In this document: positions 51,216 through 63,200 of the stretch, in pieces
Layout: each line of letters starts with the position of its first letter
Numbering within the stretch: position 1 is the stretch's first letter
Source: Setoptus koraiensis
Taxonomy: Eukaryota; Animalia; Arthropoda
Assembly (NCBI GenBank): GCA_048013815.1
Contig: CM106585.1
Coordinates: 22,630,001-22,694,000, forward strand
Direction of reading: 5' to 3'
Length of the DNA: 64,000 nucleotides
Position numbers and translations under genes: made by a program
The notes under the pieces: generated by a model
The model's input: only the letters and a program-made list of their open reading frames with translations
Told to the model about the DNA's origin: nothing
The model's database searches: none

Positions 51216-51683
51216 TCGCACTGGCGCGATTTTCCCGCTTTCGCTTGATTGGTCGAATTGGTCGAATCGGCCGAACTGGCCGAACTGGCCTAATTGGCCG
51301 AACTGGCCTAATTGGCCCAATTGGCCCGTTGATGGCGCCATTCATCAATGCATCATCGAGCATCGTCCGGCACAGGCCAATGGTGGCCAATGCTGGTCGG
51401 CAGTGGTCGGCCTCAGCTAGCTGGCCAGTGGTAGTAGAACATTGTATAGTGTCAATGCGACAATATTAAATCAAAAAGTCGCACTAGTAGTAGCAGTTGT
51501 AGTAGTAGTAGTAGTAGTAGTAGTAGTTATGTAATAATAAACAAAGGACAATTATAACAACTAGTTGTTAGTGGACACTCCATGCCATCACAGCGGCTGT
51601 GTGTGTTGCAGTGCGAGTGTTGAATTAATGCGTCATGATGATTGTAAATAGTGCATATAGTGTGTTGCGTGGCTCACTGACCA

Positions 51684-52219
51684 TCGTCACTGACCATCGG
51701 CGACCAGCGGCGACCATCGGCGACCATTTGCGAGCATCATTGAGCTGGCCACCTAACGTATGGCGCACCAACTATGACTGGTCATGGCTGGGTGTGTGTT
51801 GGCCGCAAACAGTGCAGCGTAAACTATTATTTTTTAATGCCTCAACATGAGTATTGGTGTTTGTCGTTGTTGCCAGTGACTGAGTTAGTGGCCAGTGGCC
51901 AGTGGCCAGTGGCCAGTAAAAAGCGACTTTTTCATACGCGAAAATAATCATCGGCTTGCAGTGATTTTGAGCCCGGGCAACGGAGTGAAGTGGCAGTGAA
52001 AACGTGCTGCTTCTCTGGCTTGTTCGCTCGCTTCTTTGGTCGCTTCTTTGGTCGCTTCTTTGCTCGTTGCTGCTTCTTATTCTTATTCTCACGATGCCCG
52101 GGCTCGCACTCAAACTCTGACTGATGATGATTCGCAGCATCAACTTTATACGCGTTGTCATGTCGTTGTTGTCCATTCTGCTCTCGTTGGCTCTGCCACT
52201 GCCGTTGTTGTTGTTGCTG
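51684..52219 (+). repeat. Donor copy of the segment duplicated into 40683-41191
   Basis: Direct alignment by eye; TCG microhomology at the left junction. Confidence 0.9.
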
Positions 52220-54785
52220 TTGCTGTAGTTGCCGTTGTTGTTGGCTCTGCCAGCACTGTTGTTGTTGCCGTTGCCATTGCCGTTGTTGCTGTTGCTGTAG
52301 TTGCTGTTGTTGCCGTTGTTGCCGCTGTTGCCGTTGTTGTTGCTGTCGGTGGTGTTGTTGTTGAAGGGAGAATAAGCGCCAAAGCCAAAGCGAAAGCGTT
52401 GCAGGTGCCCAAGTAGCAAACTAAGCAACGAAGCAACAGATACATGCGGCTACGTACAGCCTATACAATCTATAGTGGATAGATGAATACGCTCAATGTC
52501 TTGTGACTACTCTAATCCACTCAAATGCGCCACATGTGCTGCCATTATATTACTATTATTATACTTGTAATATATTGAGCGGCGGCAATTACTATCAACT
52601 GTATATCCCCCTACAATAGTGGTGCGTCTCTTTTTCTTCTTGCCACAGCTAGTTGAGACAGAATCAGCTAGGGGCGCTCCACAGTACCCTAATAGTATTT
52701 TGATAATACCACAATGAACGCATATTGAAAGCACAATTGACGAGTGACAGTGAGGTCAAACTGACAGTAGTTGTATAAGTAACTTGCAGCAAATAGCACC
52801 TACAAATGCTGTCGAGAGAGCCGCTCTGGCGGACCTTGAGCGAACTAAATTCAAAGATTAATTGTAGGCACACCATCACACTGACAATGGATGGACACAA
52901 GCAGAAGAAGAAGAAGAAGACGAAGATAAAGAAGTAATCAAATGAAAGATGAAAGAAGCAAAGAATAAATAAATAATTTGCTGCCCGGGCTCGATAGTTA
53001 AATAATAATAATGATAATAATAATAGTTTGCTTGCTCTAATACAACAACTAATACTATTGCTACCATTACTACTATTGCTATTACTATTACTGTTGAGTG
53101 TTTAATGTTTAAACTTATAAGTTTACACTAACTAACTGACGCGCGCTACTCATCATGCAATGGTCAGCCACGGAATAAAACACGTTTTGGCCTTATTTGT
53201 ATTTATACTATCAACAGCCTATAGTGATATTGTCTCTATGGCAACCAGTCCACGGCCATGTAGCCATGTTATATGTATACATGTTACATGTGCACATGTT
53301 ATATGTGTATATGTTATAGGTGGATATGTTATATGAATTGACGATTTAAACTTGATTTAATTCGAGCAAATTCAATCGCTTGTCTCATCACCTGGCTGCA
53401 CGTCCACACAATGCAACGAGTTGGCCGATGATCAATTTGGCAGCATATGATGGTGGCACCACTTAGTACTACTGCTAATTTAGTAGTTAATGACACATAA
53501 TAACAGCGTCATCAATTAGTTTTAGTCGTAAGTTAGGTCATGTTGATGGTGACGTCACGTCGTAAAGTATCATTGTTTTCATTGGACCGATATCATGGAG
53601 TATTATCGAGCATCGTTAAGCTTGTAAGCAAACACTTTTTGACACGAGCAATCTCAATCACATATCACACAATACACAATTGATAAAAATATCTATAGGA
53701 TAATTGTATCCTTCATGTTACTCGCCATATTCCTTACTTTTATCGTTATACATGCGGACAATGTCCAATGTGCGAGTATAAGAATGAACATACATCTATC
53801 TCATCATTGAACTAATCATTGAACAATCAATTGGCCAGCAAGATAACATGAGATTTGTTGTGATAACCAGTGGTAACCATGGTAATTGAGCCCTCAATCA
53901 ATATCAGCACTATTACTTAATGATACTACGCAGCTCGACTATCATATTTCAACTACTCTTTCGTTATATACTGGCATTATAGCTGGCACAATACGCTCAT
54001 GTGTGTAATGTAATAATTATATATGTATGTATATCAATAGCTGCTAGTTTGACATGTGATTAGAACTTCTAATTTAGAAGTGCAAGTAAATGGTTTTGTC
54101 ACTGTAAACCATGTAGACATGTCCATCTACTGTCATTGTACATATACGCTTAATTTCAGCAATAACTTATCTTGTTATATAGCCGGTATACACTAAATTT
54201 ATATAGTTAACTAACTATAGCTACACATTAATGTATGAACTAACAAAACCAATGGCCAATGATAATAGCCAATGACAACAACAACAAGAAAAAAGAATAA
54301 TAAATAATAAAAAACAAACAAACATATACATGCACAATTAACCTGCTACCATCTTCTTTATCACACAACCAACCATTTGCAAAATGATTGATATCTAATC
54401 ACAAGCTCATATTGAACACACTATATTTTTATATTTTATATTCAATCACTGTACTGGTATTATACTGATAACTGGTAAATATAGTAGAGTAACAAAAAGT
54501 CAACTTACTATTAATCATATAAGTTTGTGTGTAAGCTTTATTGTGTGACAATCAAACTATTGATTGAAATCTCATTATCTATTTGATGATAACTCCCACA
54601 TTGTACCGGTACAATACGTATACAAAGATACCACCACGTACAATATCAATTCAACTTAAATCACTCTAATCAATGAATAACATCTGCTAAAATTATATGT
54701 AGATCATTGATCTATACATACATTTGATTGACATGAATTTGTTATGATGAAATATCATTATTATTTCATACTATTACTCTGGTTT

Positions 54786-54832
54786 AATTTCGTTTCGTTT
54801 CGTTTCGTTTCATTTTGTTTCGTTTCGTTTCA
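54786..54832. repeat. (tttcg)n pentanucleotide repeat
   Basis: Read directly. Confidence 0.85.
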
Positions 54833-56570
54833 ATTTAGCATTGATAGCTGAGCCTCATTCTCTCGGTTATTTCTCTTTGTTTGCTCAATTGCCATTAATG
54901 ACAATTGAGCATGTCGACACAATATTAACTTGAATAAAAACTTTGCCACGGCAATTCACATGACTAATTAGTCATCAACGAACAATGATCTATATAACTA
55001 TATCTATAAGTCGACCAACTGTTGATTTGATCAAGTCTATTATTGTTGCATCAACGCTATGATGAGATGATCAATATGCAAACGTATAATTGATTAGTAA
55101 CAATTAATTTTGCTGTGGATTGTCTAAAACAACTATTGCAAACAAGTGATTGCACTTTTGAACAAATCCGCTCGCTCGCTAAGCGAGCTCTTTATTGGTT
55201 GTTGGCAGCAAATGTGAAAGTTTATTTGATTGTCACGTAGATTTGGCCATCTTTTTCGCCTAAAACAACAAGTGCATACACTTACAAGTAAATGTGTGTT
55301 TTACTCAAGTGATACACAATATCATGCAATATCAATCAACAATGGATTGGTATTTGGTAAGTGTATTGTTAAAAGTCAAATTGATTATCCAAACAGATAG
55401 CATGGACATTAGTAAGTTGCATCACGTACGTATCTGAGTATTGTTTTATCTTGAACATAATGGTAACCCTATGGTGATGGTATTAATTTGATTGAGAAAA
55501 TCAATTTCCATCATTCACTTTTAGTTCTGGCTACCTCTATCGTGCGTTCAATTATCAACTCAATGATGCTGATGATTATCTGTCCAATAGTTTATTCAAG
55601 TTGCCTCTATATCAATTGTGGCTGGCAATATCATATTGAGTTGTCGACAAATTATTATTCGCATTGATACGAGGAATCTGTTTGATTGATTGATTGATTG
55701 ATTAAGGGAGAGAGAGAGAGAGAGAGTGAGTAGTAGTAGTAGCAGTATGTAATCTCCTCTTTGAAGTATCTATATAGACTGTAACCTTACTAGGAAATAG
55801 ATTCACACATATAAATATAACAAGTTGCTAGATTGATTTTAATCAATTATATTATGTGAGTACGTGTATGTGTGTTCATCGAGTTTACTATCGGTTGCTA
55901 TGATACTCATTCAAAATAATCAAAATGTTTTTACACACTTCACTATTATTATTATTATTTTTATCAAGTGGCATGATTATTATATAATTCTATCATGTAA
56001 TGTAAAGAGAGTGTGATATATCTATCTATTTTTTGTAATGTAAATCTCTAGTTTGGCATTTGTAATGATGCTTGATTCCATTACGATGATTCATGAAGGT
56101 GATACAAACTTCATATGAACAACAAAACCAAATCTGGTGCTCACGTATTAGTGACAAGACAACGATGACATATTGATATAGATAATCTTTTTATCCTTTT
56201 ACTATCATTTGATTGTCGTTTTATACTCAATCACATGCCATTATAATGGCTATTATATTTGATTGGATTCTGTCTGTAGAATTTGATACAGTTTCAGCTC
56301 CTATTGGAGTTGCCATGGATACCGGTGGTGGCGCCATCTAGAAAAGCAAATCTAATAGCTGTTTAGATTTCTTTGAGGCTCGCCAAGACTATATTCTTGG
56401 TATCATTTTTATCCTTTCTCGTTTGTTTGTTGGTTCAAGACAATTAAAACAGGCAACCAATGACGATCAACTAAAGAAGATGTTATAATTGTCAACTGAT
56501 TTTTATAAGTTAAGTGAGCTTTCCTGGAATAAATTGACCATATACACTCATACACAATATATGGGGTACA

Positions 56571-58442
56571 ATGACACATAAAAGATTAAAGAATTTCAAA
56601 GTGGACCAATTTCAGCGTTATCATGTCAATAGATGGAATTGGTTTGCGCACAAAATGTTCACCCACAACCAGTATGATGATGTAACACAATTGAAAGATT
56701 ATGCAAGTAACAGCAAAAGCGAACATTTGATTTATTTAAATTGTCTCATTTTGTTGCGTGAATGTCAATCACGACAAACCTTGTATCAGACAATAAATAC
56801 CATATTGACGCAGTTGAATTATCACAAGAACGAGGATTATCTCAAACTATTATGCCAGTGTCTCTATTACATGGGTCAGCATGATTCGGTAAGTCTACTA
56901 TTGAATGAACATTTCATTGTGAGTGGCGAGGCCAGCACTGGACACACCGGAACAATAAACGGATTTGAGGCCGTCAAGTTACCAGCAACAATGTCAAACG
57001 ATTTGACAACCTCAGATAGTAAACAAACTCAATTGGATCTATGGTGCATTCTGGCCAAAAGTTTGTACTATCAACATCAACATCGGAGTGCCTCAGCAAT
57101 ATGGAAACGAATCACACAACTGGAATATCAGTTTATTGTTAGAAATCAATCAAACAAGTATCTATATTTAACGTTAATTGATGCCGCCAACGATTGTCTC
57201 AGACGACAAGATTTCAAAACAACTCTGTACCTGATAAGACGAGCTCGTGATTTGTATCCAGACAATATGGAGCTAAATTCAACACTGGCATTGTTACTGA
57301 GTCAACAAGATTATCAATCATGTTCGAAACATGTAAAAGGTATTGATCGTTTGCATATTATTCAACATGTTGAGTCGCGCTTAAGAGTTCTTCATAATAA
57401 TGGCAGTAGTTGTGGTAGTCAATCATTGATTTATGGTAACACAAACGACACAACAATAAACTCATTACAAGTGTCACTAATTAGAGGCCATATAGTTACA
57501 CAAGCAAGCACGAATTATTACAATAACAGTGGACACGATGAGGAACAACAGGCACAAATGAAACAAATTATTCAAAAGATAATTTCCTTCTATAGACGAT
57601 CGGCTGGTAAGGCATGTTGGCAATCAGCCTCATTCTGGAATAATCTGGGCATTATGTTCATGTCGCTGGGCAAATATGTGGCCACAATTAGTTGCCTACA
57701 GAAAGCTTTTTCCCTTAAATCTTATGACTGGCGTATCAATCTCAATTTGGCTCTTGTTTATTATCAATTAGGACTTGCAGCGCGTTGCTTGCTCCATCTG
57801 CGCCTAGCTCACAAATTTAATTCGTTGAAGAAAAATCAATTGAACCACAATCATCCGATGTTTGTTGAGGCCAACTTTAGTTGTAAAACTAACGAACCTT
57901 TACTAGCATCAATGTTGGCGTTAAGCTACGATCAACTTGGTGCGCAGCATTTGGCTCGTCATTACCATATAACGGCAACTACTTGCTTTGGGGATCCTAG
58001 TGGGGAACCATCACCGCGTTCTATAATAAATTATTGCATCTTTTTAAGTACAAGGCTAGCAACAAACTACCAAGATCAATCAAGTAAAACATCGGACGTG
58101 AAACAATTAATTTATCAATTGTTGTTACAATTTGAAAGAGGTTGGCTAAAGCGCAGTAACAATAGTTTGGAATATGGACAGCAAGTATTACGTCAAGCAA
58201 CATTGATAACTCAACAAAAATGTCTGTACGATAATAATTCTGGCAAGTCATTGATAGCAACAAGCGACGAACACAATAATGACAACAATAATAATGATAA
58301 TAATGAAAAAATTAAAAAACAAATCACGACAAATGACAATTTTCATACCTTTGCCTGGTTGCGCCAAAAATCTTGCGACGACAATTTTGATTCGCCGCCG
58401 TCGACAACAAATAAGTCGCATGTAACGACCACGCCCGTTTAG
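56571..58442 (+). CDS. BBS4: Bardet-Biedl syndrome 4 (BBSome TPR protein), intronless
   Basis: SASFWNNLGIMFMSLGKYVATISCLQKAFSLKSYDWRINLNLALVY aligns with BBS4 [46 protein letters not shown]; N-terminal NWFAHKMF and PDNMELNSTLALL also match. Confidence 0.9.
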   Translation: MTHKRLKNFKVDQFQRYHVNRWNWFAHKMFTHNQYDDVTQLKDYASNSKSEHLIYLNCLILLRECQSRQTLYQTINTILTQLNYHKNEDYLKLLCQCLYYMGQHDSVSLLLNEHFIVSGEASTGHTGTINGFEAVKLPATMSNDLTTSDSKQTQLDLWCILAKSLYYQHQHRSASAIWKRITQLEYQFIVRNQSNKYLYLTLIDAANDCLRRQDFKTTLYLIRRARDLYPDNMELNSTLALLLSQQDYQSCSKHVKGIDRLHIIQHVESRLRVLHNNGSSCGSQSLIYGNTNDTTINSLQVSLIRGHIVTQASTNYYNNSGHDEEQQAQMKQIIQKIISFYRRSAGKACWQSASFWNNLGIMFMSLGKYVATISCLQKAFSLKSYDWRINLNLALVYYQLGLAARCLLHLRLAHKFNSLKKNQLNHNHPMFVEANFSCKTNEPLLASMLALSYDQLGAQHLARHYHITATTCFGDPSGEPSPRSIINYCIFLSTRLATNYQDQSSKTSDVKQLIYQLLLQFERGWLKRSNNSLEYGQQVLRQATLITQQKCLYDNNSGKSLIATSDEHNNDNNNNDNNEKIKKQITTNDNFHTFAWLRQKSCDDNFDSPPSTTNKSHVTTTPV

Positions 58443-58793
58443 AAGAAGTGCGATTATGTAACATGTGATATACTTCTAGTACATTATAACTAATAACTAC
58501 TAGCAACTTATAACTTGTACCAATAGTTGCTAGCATTGGTACATATCAGCGAGGACATATGGCACAAAAAGAATCGCGAATGCAACAAAGAGGGATCTAC
58601 TACTAGTCTGCTACTATTATTAACACCATTACAATAGCTATATTACTCTAGCAAAATTATTATATCAACTTAAAACTACTATAGGCGATAACTATATAAC
58701 TGTTGCTATATATTGGTCAGCATAGCATATTCGTGAACGCCGGAATATATTGAAAGCGGAATATATTGAGAGCAAAAAATAAAAACAAAAAGA

Positions 58794-59899
58794 ATGGCCT
58801 TTGTAACGTTGGTGACCAACGATAGCTATTCCATCGGAGCCTTAGTTTTAGCTCATACACTCAAAGAGGTGGCCACCACTAAGAAGCTAGTCGTTTTGAT
58901 CGGAAATGGTGTTTCGGAACATATGAAAACAATGTTGGGCCAAGTATATGATCTAGTCGAACCAATTCAAGAGATTAACAGTAGTCTCAATGATCAGGCC
59001 ATGTTAGACGCTTCAAATAGACCGGAGCTAGGAATAACATTGTCGAAATTGCATTGTTGGCGATTGACACAATACTCAAAATGTGTCTTCCTTGATGCCG
59101 ACACTATGGTATTAAAGAATTGTGACGAACTTTTCGAGAGGGAAGAATTATCCGCCGTGCCAGACATTGGCTGGCCAGATTGCTTCAACAGTGGCGTGTT
59201 TGTGTTTAAACCGTCCCAGGACACATTCTCAAAATTAATCAAATGTGTCATACAAAACGGTAGCCACGATGGAGGCGATCAAGGTGTATTGAATGATTAT
59301 TTTAGCGATTGGCGGACTCAAGATGTGTCACGAATACTATCGTTTGTTTACAACATGAGCCTCACCTCGGTATATTCTTATCCGCCAGCTTATAAACGAT
59401 TTGCCAAAGATGTCAAAATTGTTCACTTTTTAGGTACAACAAAACCCTGGATGTTCAGATATAATAGAATGAACAACAATGTCTATGAGCCCCACTCAAG
59501 CGTAGTATTATCTCATACTCAAGAACACTTGCAGGCCTGGTGGAAGGTATTCATGGACAAAGTTAAGCCAGCCATGGATCAAGCTGCAGAGACGGTAGGC
59601 ACCAATCAATGTCATTAACCTAAATAACAATTTCTTTCAGATACTAATCAATGCTATACTATTTCTCTTAATACTATTATTGTTATTTTTAAATCACTTA
59701 GTCAACTCTCGCTGCCGATTACATGAGGATGCACGTTATTGATTTCATACCAGAATCAAGTGGGCCAGATCGAAATGAAGCCACCAACTACGAGGGATTT
59801 GATCGTCGTCGTGCCTGGGAATCTGGTCAAATCGATTACACTGGTAAAGACTCGTTCGCGAATATTCAACGCAAATTGGATGACGCCCTGTCGAAATAG
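58794..59899 (+). CDS. GYG1: Glycogenin, join(58794..59594,59702..59899), 332 aa
   Basis: AFVTLVTNDSY, KLHCWRLTQYSKCVFLDAD, WPDCFNSGVF, DGGDQGVLN, VYSYPPAY (autoglucosylation Tyr), VHFLGTTKPW; 107-nt GTAGGC...TAG intron; exon 2 supplies the conserved RRRAWESGQIDYTGKDSFANIQRKLD tail. Confidence 0.96.
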
Positions 59900-60214
59900 A
59901 TAGATTAAATTGGTTTCACATAATGCTTAATGCAACTTTTGGTGAAAAAGCTGGAATTTTCCATTATGTTTCTCTTGCTGGATGTTGATGACGGCTGAAA
60001 TCTGACTATCTGCTTACGACTTCGTCTCTTGTCACTTTCTCTGATGGTGTTGTTATGATTACCAAAGCAGCTTTACCAATACATGTTGTGCTTCGACAAA
60101 ACACTTTTTAATCAACAGCTGAAGAACTCCTTTGTTTTTTTTTCTATTCATAGTTCGCACAGCTCTCTGTCTTACTACTCCGAGCTGAATGCTATACGAG
60201 AATCCGAACATAAA

Positions 60215-63200
60215 CTATTGTTCTATAATTCTTACAGGGAGGCCATAGACGACAGGCGCCGATCCCACTAGGCAGCTACTCTTACATATTTGTCTTGAGG
60301 ATGCAATAGCCTCGGTGCTAGACATTTGTCTCTCACTTGATTCGCTCGGCCACAGCTTAATCCATTTAGTCAACATCAAGTCCAGGAATTTGTCAATATC
60401 TGTGTCAGTCACATCCCATAACAAACCTATGTAGGATGGACTTCCCTTAAGAATGAAATTCCAACCAATCCCATGCCTCTCTAGTTGTCCACCCTCCGAA
60501 AGCATTCTTGCACTACTGCAGCCCATCACTACTGCTGATGGCGTTAGATCCAGCCCCAACAGGCCATGCCCATCCAACAATTTATTGTAATATGTTGTTC
60601 CAGCACCATGCCCTATAAACAGATAGATCTCCCTAGAGGTTAACCAAGATTTTAATTGATCTTGACTTGGTGGCACTCCGATACTGCCCGTCCAGGCTGT
60701 GATTGACTCAAGTTTGTCCTTAAAACGTAATTTTGTCTTGTTGAGATTATTCTCAGGGTCCAATATGTATGATAAATTTTCAGCTTTCGCCAGACAACAT
60801 CCGTGATGATTGTCATCAGTTTTGTGTGCGTGATTAGTGATGAGAAAATGAAATATTCTTAGGGATGGCACTCGGAAAATCGGCTGCCTCAGCAGTCTGA
60901 TGCTGGGAAGGGTTTCGAATGGTATTTCGTGTGAACTACCGTTGAGAATCAATCCTAATTGGCCCTTAGTTAGATTAGGTAAAAGAGTAGATTTGTTGTA
61001 TCCAGGATATTTTTTGACGATAAAATCTTCTATAAGTCCAGTATAAATTTTGAAGCAATCAACTGAATGTTTAGTTTTCATGAGATTTCCATCTTCTCTG
61101 AGTAACATCGGCAGACCAAGACAAAACTCGTCTCTGCTCAGTAATGGGGCGCCTTCAAGGAATCCTCTCAGGAGATTTCTCTGTATTTTTTCGGGGGATA
61201 CACCGATATGTTTGTGTAAGCAAGAGAGTATTCGATCTGTCATTGAATCAACTACACTCTGATAATCCGATTCTAGTATCTTGCCCATGAGAATGAATCT
61301 AAAAGGACCGAACCAATCGCTATCTATCTCATCCAACAAAGCTTGCATTTCATCCTCCATTTTCTTGCGACACTCTGTTCGCGAGCTGTAACTACCCCAT
61401 TTCAAACAACTGGACGCTCGGTTAACATAATATCTCAATTTTTCTCCTGTTGATTGGCACTTCGGGCGCTCGTTTTCACCCACAGAATTACTTGAAAAAC
61501 AAGAATAGCATCCGGTTTCGATCGACCTTTCAAGATGAACCATTAAAGGCTCGGAATCTTTCTCAATCCTGCAGAGTATTAAGTGTTCCGTTCTGTCGGA
61601 CTCGTCAACAATGTATTGTAAGTTAACCATACGCCATTCCGAAGGCATGGATAGAAGGAACTGATTATATTCTTCAGATTTTAAAATATTATCAAGAGAG
61701 AAAGATATTAGTTTTTCGTTGTTTCTCCCAATCAAGTTAGAATAATTTTTGAATTGCTCCTCGTACATCATCCACCTGTATCTTAAAGAACAGGCCGAAT
61801 TAGACTCGAACAAATGATACCAAGTTTCATTGTTCAATAAACCTAGTTCCAGCCTACGTGCAAATAGATATTCGTTCAGAATGCGATACTCTTGAAAGTC
61901 GGGATAGTTAATGACTAGATAGAAGTAGTGGGTAAGAAGTTCAACGTCCGATTTGCCAGACTCCAAGCAATTCGATAAATTCTTGAGATATGACAGGGAC
62001 AGAATCTTCCTTTTTCGAATTCCAATATATGATTTTGATTCTGGTCCCGCTTCAAAACATGTATCGTTTTGATAGGAACTTGTGAAATTGTCTCGTAAAC
62101 TTAGCTTCGAAATCATCAATTTCAGGTTATCACTATGACTTGAGTTTTTAGTTTGATTAGTATAAGCACCGCTATAATGATTGATATTTCTGTTATTCCT
62201 TATGGAAGTTATTAGATATTTGCCATCACAGTTGATTACCATCAATAAAATAGTGGCCAATATTTTATCTTCTTGACAATCTAAAATGTAAGATGAGAAC
62301 ATATCAACGCACTGTTTAAAAATTCGTTTTGCCTCCAGATGTTCGCCAGACTCTTTGAGGAGATGAATCTGAGCCCTTATATTCAATAAAAGATTTCTTC
62401 TAGTTTCATGTATCATCGTATTACAATCGGCGTCATCGTCTCCAAGCGACGCTATTTTCATTCTAGCTCGATTTGTGAATTTGACCATTTGATACTCTAA
62501 AACGAAGTTATTCAAGGGCGCCTTACTGTCAAGGATTCGTTGTTGCAACATTCTTAAATCATTCATTGAGGATAGGCCATCACATCCTGTGAGCTTCGTG
62601 TCTATTGAGAATGACATTTCCATTATTTGCCGCTCGATAATAAGCATCACAAAAAAATAATTCAGATCATCGTGACACAGTGGAGTAATCAGATTAAGTA
62701 GGGCTAGCTTCTCATCGAGATTTTTGTTTTTCTGACATAGTGAGTCAAATTTTGAACCTATGAGAAGTAGTTTGAATATCCAATATATTGAGGCATTTCT
62801 GCAAGCAACATTGAAAAGACCATTGAATAGTAGCTCTAGTTGCTCAGGTATACCAGTCATCATGTGAAAATTAGCAACATACTCAAATGAGCTAAATACT
62901 AAGTCGCAAACAGCAAATCTTATCCACCTATGATCCATAACGATTGTCGCAGTATCCTTGGTGTCCGCGGGCTTAGTTTTGAAGCTTTCTTCGTAGCAGC
63001 GTCTCATCATCGCACCCAAATATCGGTTGAAGAAGAAGAAATCCCTGCAAATAATTGAACGATTTGGGAAGTATCTTATGTATCTCAAAATGAAAGACCT
63101 GGCAAGAATTCTCGCATAATAATGTTGGAGCTTATCGTCTTGCTTGATATCGATCACTTTTTCTAAGCGACAAAGAATAGATTCTTCATCAGTTAGTTTC

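Noticed and set aside
51772-52428. 218-aa Asn/Gly-rich minus-strand ORF, partly duplicated at 40881-41153
   Set aside because: Non-ATG start and repeat-derived composition; the duplicated copy carries a frame-breaking 7-bp unit deletion, so there is no sign of coding constraint.
52507-52640. IVGGYT...MAAH read as a trypsin-like serine protease N-terminus
   Set aside because: The activation site is not preceded by R/K, the IVGG-to-His distance is too short, and no PW/CGG/DSGG exons were found nearby.
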